Shown in pieces: positions 55,144 through 64,000 of a DNA stretch of 64,000 bases. How positions within the stretch are numbered: position 1 is the first letter of the stretch; every line of letters begins with the position of its first letter. A program made the position numbers and the translations under genes. The notes beneath the pieces are model-generated. The model made no database searches and was not told where the DNA came from. It worked only from the letters and a program-made list of their open reading frames with translations. The stretch comes from the human T2T-CHM13v2.0 reference genome, Homo sapiens. The stretch is taken from NCBI RefSeq assembly GCF_009914755.1, contig NC_060940.1. One strand, written 5' to 3'.

Positions 55144-55432
55144 GTGAGTGTCCCAGTCCCCATGCACATGCGGGCGTTGCGCTGCCGAGGGATGGGGTTC
55201 TCAGGGGAGGGGGTGGGACGGTCAGGTGAGTGCCCTGGTCCCCATGTACATGTGGGCATTGCGCTGCCGAGGGGTGGGGCTCTCACGGGAGGGGTGGGAC
55301 GGTCATTGTGGGCATTGCGCTGCCGAGGGGTGGGGCTCTCATGGGAAGGGGGCGGATGGTCAGGTGAGTGCCACAGTCCCCCTCTCACATACAGGCCGTG
55401 GTGCTGCCAAGGAATGGGGGCTCTCGCGGGAG
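55126..55432. repeat. Degenerate ~82-bp minisatellite x~4 starting inside the 39-nt exon and copying its splice donor
   Basis: GGACGGTCAGGTGAGTG...GGGCRTTGCGCTGCCGAGGGRTGGGGYTCTCA recurs. CAG|GTGAGT has its GT at 55144, 55226 and 55364. Confidence 0.88.
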
Positions 55433-57550
55433 GGAGCGAGGGTGCAAAGGCCTCTCAGTGTGAGCCCCAGAGCAGGACTGGCTTTCCTCACCATGACAAT
55501 GCACAGGCCTGGAAGGGGGGAGGGCAGGGCTTGGGGGTTACATTTGCTGCTCCGTAGGATTTCAGCAGCTTTTGCGCTATGGCGGAAACGTGCCCTCCCA
55601 CCCCCGCCACCCCACCCCCTTCAGATGGTTATTTTCTGCACACGCATGCGTATGTTGATGGTGGTCATGTTTGCACAGATAACTCTGTTAGAAAAAGGTG
55701 GTTTCGCTCCTGTGTATTGCCGTCAAACTCACAAACTTGCCAGCTTTCTAATCCTTGATGAAAAGAGTGACCATTGGTTGAACACCCCAGTACGAATGGT
55801 CTCTGCAAAATGACGTGCTCCGACGGTGCGGGTCCTGGGGAGGGTGTTGCTGTGCAGGACAGAGTCCACTCGCTGGTGGTTTTGAGGCTGTGTGTTCCTA
55901 GGTCCTGGTGAAGACCCTTTCTGTTCAGGAGATGGCTGTCACCTCTGGATCACTGAAGAATCTGGGTGATCTTCCCATTTCATAAAACAGAAGCTGGGAA
56001 GTTGACAGTGAGAACCATAAACAGAGCTCACTGCGTAGAAAGATAATACTAATTTTTCAAAACCACAGTGCACTGTCCTTCGAGAAACCTGCATGCGTTC
56101 TCTTTGTCAAGGCCAGGCCCTGCGGATCTCTGACCCGACTGAGCCTGGTGCACTCCCAGAGCGAGGTGCTTTACACAGAGCGGGACAGAAGGGCATGTGC
56201 TCCCGTGGGCTTTCCGTTGACCCCTCAGAGGCACCTTGGGAGAAGGGCTGCAGACCCTCCAGAACTGGTTTATGTCAGAGTTTCTTAGTTGGAAAGTTTC
56301 ATCTTAAAGATCAGCACGAGGTTTTCTCAGGTAGTCCTGCAGCATCGCTCGTCTGTAAGTATGAATTGCTGCTCTGGAAAAGAGCCAAAGGAATGCGCAG
56401 CTTTTAAATCCACAGTTGTGGCTTTGTGCTCACTCCACTGGGGTAATGAGGCTGCGGTCGGCACAGTGCAGGTCAGTTCTCCGCGCCTTTGTCCCGTGGT
56501 TCTCACGGTCACGGGGGCAGCAGAGGACAGGGCTCATAGCTGGCGGTCCGTCTTCGTTTTCTGCAACATAGTGGTTTATGGTTCTGCTGGTAGTGGAACT
56601 GTATCATAGTTGAAACGCTGCTGGACGTTTAATTCCTAGGAAAAGTAAGGCACGTCACCTTCGATATTCCCTTGTTCCTGTCTCTACCCCTGAACAAAAT
56701 CCACTTGGAATTTTAAAGACAGAACCAGCCTTTTACACTGTATCACTGCAGTGCTTCTGTTTGTGATTGTAGACAGAATTCTCCCAACTTTATTGTGGGG
56801 ACAGAGATTCCAGCTTTTCTCAGCAGGCATGGAGGCCCGTTGGCTCCAGCACAGATCTGAGTTCAGGAAGGACTCGGGGCTGACGTCGGAGGAGTTGCTG
56901 TCTGGATTTCTCTGAACAAGACTCTGTTCTGGTGTCTCTGGTTCCTCCGTCACTGCTGCTGCCCCACGTGCCTTTGCACTGCAAGCAGGGTCGCAACTGC
57001 TGCTCATTCCCGGGTCTTCCGTGGCCCCTCTGAGTCCCCACTCTCTCTAAGTGGCCTTACCGCAGAATGAATAAAGCTGCCGTACTACCACTTTTTATGT
57101 GAAACAAATAATAATTTATAAATCACCTGTTTTTGTCCGCCTTGTGAACTCTCATACGCTCCTGATTCCTATTATCGGTCACATTTCTGGGACCTCAAAT
57201 CAAAGACGGCTTCAGGAGAGGCCGGTGCTGCCACTCAGGGTAGCGGGCGGAATCTTGGTACATGGCCCCTGCTTCTCTTGGGAAGGAAACTGCTGTGTGA
57301 TTTAAAGAAACCGCTGTGTTCATCTGAAGCTGCCTTTTCTGGTGAATCTGTGTAGCGAACCCCCTCGTTTTCCATTTGTGGAAATCCTTTTTTTTTTTTT
57401 TTTCCGTCATTTGGCCAGTTCTCATTCCTGCTGAGCTACACCCTGCTCATGCAGGCTTCGTCCTCTGGGCTGGCCACACGTTTGGGAGACAGAAGGATGT
57501 TTCAGAAAGCACAGAGAAGCCCACTCGCCTCGATGTTGTCGACTGGGCTA

Positions 57551-57742
57551 AGAAGCCCCGAGCAGTGCGGGGGTCACATAGCCCATTCGCTCTCCTCCCC
57601 GTCCCCATGCCTACAGAAGCCCCGAGCAGTGCGGGGGTCACACGGCCCATTCGCTCTCCTCCCCGTCCCCGTGCCTACAGAAGCCCCGAGCAGTGCGGGG
57701 GTCACATGGCCCATTCCCTCTCCTCCCCACCCCCATGCCCAC
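57551..57742. repeat. Minisatellite, 64-bp unit x3
   Basis: Unit AGAAGCCCCGAGCAGTGCGGGGGTCACAYRGCCCATTCGCTCTCCTCCCCGTCCCCRTGCCTAC. Confidence 0.92.
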
Positions 57743-59047
57743 AGGAGGATAGTGCATGCAGGTCTAGGGCTCTCTCTTCTCCAGCCAGACTTGATCTCAG
57801 AAGCATCCTTCATGTGACACTGCAGATGGCTCAGCTCCCCGTACTGTCCCGGAGGCCCTTGGCCTGCCCTGGTGTGAGCACTGGCTTGATTGATGGGAGA
57901 CCCTGCAGCCCACGCTTGTTCCAGGTGGTTGGGGGAGGGCGAGGAACAGCACCCCAACCGGAGTAAGAGAACACAAAGAAATGGACGCGGCTGTTTTAAG
58001 TTCCTAGATCACTGAGGATTGGCTTAGTATTCCCTTCTGATTCCCTAGTTCCAACTGTCATTTAGGAATGGTTATGTGGCAGTAGACTCAGAATCTGACA
58101 GAGCAGCTAGAAATCCTCTTGGGAGGGTGGCCAGGCCTTCCCTCTTCCGGCCATCCGTTTTCCGTCATGGGGCTGGGGCCTGTGCCCTGTGCCCTGTGCC
58201 CCCACATCCTGCACCCCAGCCCCTTTCCTTGTGCTGGGCTCACACTTGTTGCCGTTCTCCTCCTATTCCACTTCTGAGATGATTGTTGCTATTACTTCTT
58301 GTAGTTAATTGATTATTTTCAGAATCAGTGGACAGCTTCTCTGAAAATAGCCTCCATTCTTAGTTCCACGGAGGGAGGGTTGTGCGCTGTGCTTGTGGAT
58401 TGCTGCTGGGGCGACGGGTTTGAGGCCACGTCTGCAGCCAGCAGCAACGTCAGTTCCAGGAGGGCCTTGGTGGCTGCGGTGCTGGGAAGCGCCATTGTGC
58501 TGCGTTGGTGTGACCCTGTGGCACCTGCTGCCAGGGGACCATTCTTTTTGAGTCATGTTTTCTTCAAATTAAATATTGAGAGATTCTAGTCACATCCCAC
58601 AGTTGCCATTTGCTGTCTGAGTAGAAAATATGAAGAATCGCCTGATTTGAAGCTATGTGGTCAGTTTCATGTCCATAGCAGCCTTGCTTTTCTTCCTTGC
58701 TGAGAGATGGAATGCCCTGTCTCACGCTCTTTCTGCCATTACGTCTCTGTCTGCTCTGATACTGAGGTTCCAGGAGGGCTGCCTCGACCTCCTTTCCCTG
58801 TAGCCCACGACACCCGCATCCTCTGGCTTCTTTGCCAACAGTCGTGGTGCGCGCTTACATCTGGTGCTGGGTTGCAGGCAGGATGGGACTCACAGCTGTT
58901 CGTTGACTCTGGGAGGGCTCCCCTGGCTGAGGCTGTCTGCTGACAGGTGCTCTGCAGGTGAGTGTGAGCCTGCACTAAGGAATGCTGATTAGAGTCCATT
59001 TCAGGCCCTGTTGGGCACACTGGGAGTGCGCAAGAACCACAGAGCCT

Positions 59048-59167
59048 GAGAGACACAGTAGGAGGGTGGGAGACGCAGTAGGAGGGTGAGAGACGCAGTA
59101 GGAGGGTGAGAGACGCAGTAGGAGCGTGGGAGACGCAGTAGGAGGGTGAGAGACACAGTAGGAGGGG
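59048..59167. repeat. 20-bp purine-rich tandem repeat x6
   Basis: Unit GAGAGACGCAGTAGGAGGGT. Confidence 0.93.
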
Positions 59168-59775
59168 TCGGGAGAGCCACCTGCACCAAGGCCTCAGGAC
59201 AGCGAATGGCACAGCCATGGGGAGGGTGACTGCCTGTGCAAGGCCGGAGGCCATGGGCACCTGGGTCCAGTGAGGTCAGACGGAGCCCCCGGTGCTCAGC
59301 CTCCTGTGACCAGTGTTGGGGGGTAGCAGTAGCGGATGGTGCATCCCAAATGCGGGCAAGAAGTTTGGAAAGATTGGCAGAGCACCAGAGGCTTCATAAA
59401 GAGCCATTTGGGAAGATGAGGTTCAGGGGACGGTGGCGGGTGCGCAGGTGTGGGGACGCACTGGCTGCATGGTGCCAGCTTCCTCCTCCCCGAGCTGTGC
59501 CCTCCAGCGCTGTGTCTCAGCCTCCCCTCCAGGAGCGCTCACTTCCTCTCAGCTCTGGGCCCCTGTGGCCTCTGCTTTGCCAGCTGCCCAGCCGTGATGA
59601 CCAGTTTCCACTCCAGTGCTATCTCTGTCTTTATTGTTCTTTTTGACCTCTAGGTGCACATGCTGTCGTGCCCCACTGTTCCAGCATCGCTGGCTGGGAG
59701 AGGGAAGAGAAGGTGAAGGGCTTCCTTAGAACACTGACATTGAAATTGCAGCTGAATATTTAAAAAAAATGTTTT

Positions 59776-60069
<294 letters not shown>

Positions 60070-61377
60070 TCAATGGTTTTTCAAAAAATTAAAATACTTA
60101 AAAAATTATTTGGAACCACTTTGGCTGGTTTCAAAGGTTGTGTATTATCTTTCCTCCTGAATAACAACGAGCATTCAGGTCACTGTGGGAGCTGCCTAAG
60201 TGAGAGTCTCAGTCTCGGGCTTTGTAGAGCAGAGCCCGTGTGTGTGGACCTGTGCTGCCCTCCTCGCCTCTTGCCCTCCGCCGCATCCTCATCATGCACC
60301 TAATCTGCTGCCTTCCAGGGAAGCCAAACAGCCACTGCTGTTGGAGTTGAAATTAAAATGCAGTGGCTGGTTCTGGTCATGGCTCCAGGCATGGGTAGCT
60401 CCTTCGGGTGAGCTGCGTAGAGCTGAGCCTGGGTCTTTGGCTGTTTAGATGCATTTGTGGCTGTGTTCTGGGTGCTTCTTCATTGAGAGTGGAGTTGTGG
60501 AGAAATGGCTCCTTCGTCAGCTGACTACACTGTGCTGATTTCTTTTGTCCCTGCCTCACTGGGGGTGTGAGGCATCCGGGCAGCATTTTCCTTTACTGCA
60601 CAATCCCTGTAGTGTTGGCTTTGTTGCTCAGTGAGTATTTGAAATTAATCATTTGCTGCCCTGGGCATGAAGATCAAATGATATCATAGTAGAAATTCGG
60701 AATGATTTAGGTAGAGGTGTTATTGTATTGCCCATATGGTTAACTTAAGGGATTGCAGAATTGGTTTGAGTAGAGGACAGGCCTTGTATGGTAAATTAGA
60801 CCACAATCAGGGGCATCTGGAATTCCCTGAAATTCCCTGGAGCGGGGAGAGGCAGTCTGGTGTGCCAGAGATTCATAGAGGGAGAGAGTACGTTCAGACA
60901 GACGGTGCCAGGAGTGTAAAATAATTTATTGTCTAAGGAATTTCAATTTTCAGTTAGTGGTAAGGATAATAGAATCTTTAATTTGGTGCAGATTTTCAGA
61001 AGATTCTGAAAAACAAAAAAAGCCCTTAAAAATTAAGAGTTGTAAGGATTGAAATTTGCAGGGAGGTGGATGACTTTATTTTTGAGTGCATTTTAAATGA
61101 AAATTGATGGTTTTTTTATGAGGTCATGGGAACTTTTGCATAAGGTGGATAGACCAGTTGGCCACTTCAGGGGGCTGGCAGGGGAACCGCTGGTTGGTCA
61201 TACCCGCATCTTGGTGCAGCTGCTTTGCTGCCGTGGGTACCCTGAGCCAGTGCTGTGTGACCTGGGCAGACTCCCTATAAAGGCCAACTCGCATTCTGCG
61301 GCGATGCTGCCTCTGGAGTGATGAGTGCACGCGGGCTGCATGGCTGGACTCTACCAGCATCTGCGCAAGCCATAGCA

Positions 61378-61560
61378 GGAAGCAGCTTTCCATCGTGGTT
61401 CTAGAACCCTCCTCTCTCACTCATGCATGTGCACACACACAGTCGGAACAGGTCCACAGGACAACAGGCCACAGCGAGAAGGCAGCTTTCCACTGTGGTT
61501 CCAGAGCCCTCCTCCCTCGCTCACGTGTGTGCACTTACAAGGTCGGAACAGGTCCACAGA
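61378..61560. repeat. ~101-bp diverged tandem duplication
   Basis: GCAGCTTTCCA..GTGGTTCYAGA.CCCTCCTC...GTCGGAACAGGTCCACAG x2. Confidence 0.8.
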
Positions 61561-61833
61561 ACGGTATTACTGCGTGCTGATTGCACTAATATTTTTTATT
61601 GTTTTCTGTTCTGCTTTTCTGTTTCTCTTCCTTTTTGTCTCTTTGAAAACTGGCTATGACACATTGCATTGATTTTGCAACCCACACTTTGAAAAATACT
61701 GGAATAGATGATCGCTAATGTCTCTTTCTTAAGAGTTTGTAGTTCTAAAAGTTGTAATTGAGTAGCTGGGACTATCGGTGTGCACCACTTCACCTGTGTA
61801 ATTAAGTAATTTTTAAAAATTTACAACTATATA

Positions 61834-62157
<324 letters not shown>

Positions 62158-63674
62158 TTAATATTCTTCCTCATATTTTGATAAATCAAAAGATAATTGT
62201 TCTTGAATTGGGAAGCTTTTAAAAAAATCACATTCAATCTAAGAAAAATGATTATAAATGTGCCAGTTAAAAAATGTTTAGCATTCTTCTCAGGGCTTTT
62301 CATCTAGATCAGGAAAATTAGGATTATCCGTGTCACTTGGGCATTAGAATGAAGTTTTCCTGAGAACTGCAGTCAGGTTTTTGGCATGGCTGGCCTTCTG
62401 TTGGTCATATGGTGGGCATGGGACGGAAGATGGCTCAATGTTTGCCGCAGCTGTCCATGCCCCTCTACGCCATCCACAAGCCTCTGACCGAGTTGTCCGT
62501 GCGTGCACTTGAGCGTTTCTTGCAGGAGAGGCCGGGGCCAAAGGAACGCTTCAGTTGCAGCTGGGCTGTGCTAAGGGGCCTCAGCAGGAGCAGCCCTTGG
62601 GGGCCAGAGCCCAGGCTCTTCCAGCAACAGGAAGGACCTTTCTTCCCTGTGCAGCACCTGTCGAACATAACATGCTGGACTCCCTCGTTCATTCCCGGCA
62701 GAGAAGCGCTCCCCTCACTCCCCACAGAGCCCTGCTATGCCGGGCATTCAGACCAGCCAGAGGTGGGGGAGCCTGTGAGTAAAGTGGAGAATTGGAGGTG
62801 TGGTGCCACCCTGACCACAGCACCTTTCTTCTCCCTGAGGCCACCTCCTCAAATACTCTTCTTGGCCACAGATGAGGGCCCGGCTGTGGTTGGCAGATCT
62901 TTTGGGAGAGAACTGGATGGGTGGGGGGTGGGAGAGTTGCCATGTGTCCCAGTCTCAGGGCGGCCGCTCCCTCAGTGTCTGTCGTCTTGGGATTGGCAGT
63001 GTCGCTTCCTCGTACTTCAGTGCCCTCTTCACTGCAGTGGGGTGGCAGCAGCACCTGCTCAGGAAGTTGGTGGGCTTCGCTGGGCGCACACGGCCCACCT
63101 GGCACTCACCAGCCTCCGGGCTGCCCTTGGCAGGTGCCGTCCACACTCCAGCACTCAGGGAGGGGCGGTGCACATCCTCAAAAACTGACCACACTGGCAC
63201 TGGTGCCCAGGTGGTGAGTAGGCGGGCTGTGGTCTGCAGACAGAAGCTTTACCCTGTGCACATACGAGGAGTAACTCATTTGAGTGACGTCACTGGACTG
63301 CGGCCCTTAGAGCCTCCTGACGCGGAGGTGGGCCTTTCACTTCTGCCTTTTGCATGTGTGAATGTGTGTGTGTGTGTGATTTTAGAGATACTGTTTTAAA
63401 ACTGCGTACTCAAAGCATTAGTTAATTAACTAGGAAGTATCGTCTTGTGAAAATGATGACCAGGACGGAACCTTTTAAAGCAGGTCATCTGAACCTCATC
63501 GCTGTAAAGCAATCTGACTACAAAGTTCATTCTTTCACGTGAATTAAACGGTTTGGTAAAGAAATACTCAGCATAACGTGGACGTGCTCTAGTGATCTTA
63601 GGGAGCTGTGAGCTCGTGCAGTCTTGGGTGGGAGTTGGCATTGTTTATGTTCTTTTTTTAATTTTTTAAAAATG

Positions 63675-63884
<210 letters not shown>

Positions 63885-63916
63885 GTGTTTGTGTTCTTTA
63901 AAATCCATATCATGTT

Positions 63917-64000
63917 GGCCGGGCACGGTGCTTCACGCCTGTAATCCCAGCACTTTAGGAGGCCGAGGCGGGCAGATCACGAAGTCAGGAGATCGAGACC
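63917..64000 (+). mobile_element. Alu (AluY-like) 5' end, cut by the window edge
   Basis: ggccgggcacggtg..cacgcctgtaatcccagcac...gatcacgaagtcaggagatcgagacc. Confidence 0.9.

Noticed and set aside
62409-63399. 259-aa and 175-aa ORFs
   Set aside because: No recognisable domain or similarity to the BANP C-terminus. Such ORFs are expected by chance in GC-rich intron sequence.

Overview
This window is primate, almost certainly human, genomic DNA from the interior of BANP (SMAR1/BEND1), the BEN-domain transcription factor gene at 16q24, read on the + strand. Eight internal coding exons join through GT-AG junctions into one continuous 380-codon frame: 2626-2825, 21430-21546, 23225-23400, 35574-35813, 44613-44780, 50237-50373, 52464-52526 and 55105-55143. 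They encode the coiled coil, acidic/Ser linker, BEN domain and Gln-rich region. The first and last coding exons lie outside the window. The introns hold about 20 Alu elements, old L1/MaLR/DNA-transposon fragments and about 18 minisatellites. The largest is a 1.7-kb array of ~32 copies of a 50/58-bp unit, which accounts for the long ORFs in the ORF track. No prokaryotic-type system (CRISPR, operon) is present. The main leads are: (i) the large VNTR carries ~20 tandem copies of the U1 snRNA 5' end, which read as perfect antisense 5' splice sites, plus E-box/MRE/XRE motifs; (ii) a minisatellite has duplicated the exon 55105-55143 splice donor; (iii) an upstream acceptor reads GG instead of AG, removing the Ile-Pro-Gln codons; (iv) a predicted 940-nt circRNA could encode a 304-aa BEN protein; (v) there are signs of exon duplication with donor sliding; (vi) one L1-endonuclease site was used twice by Alus. 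Repeat subfamily calls and boundaries are by eye and approximate.
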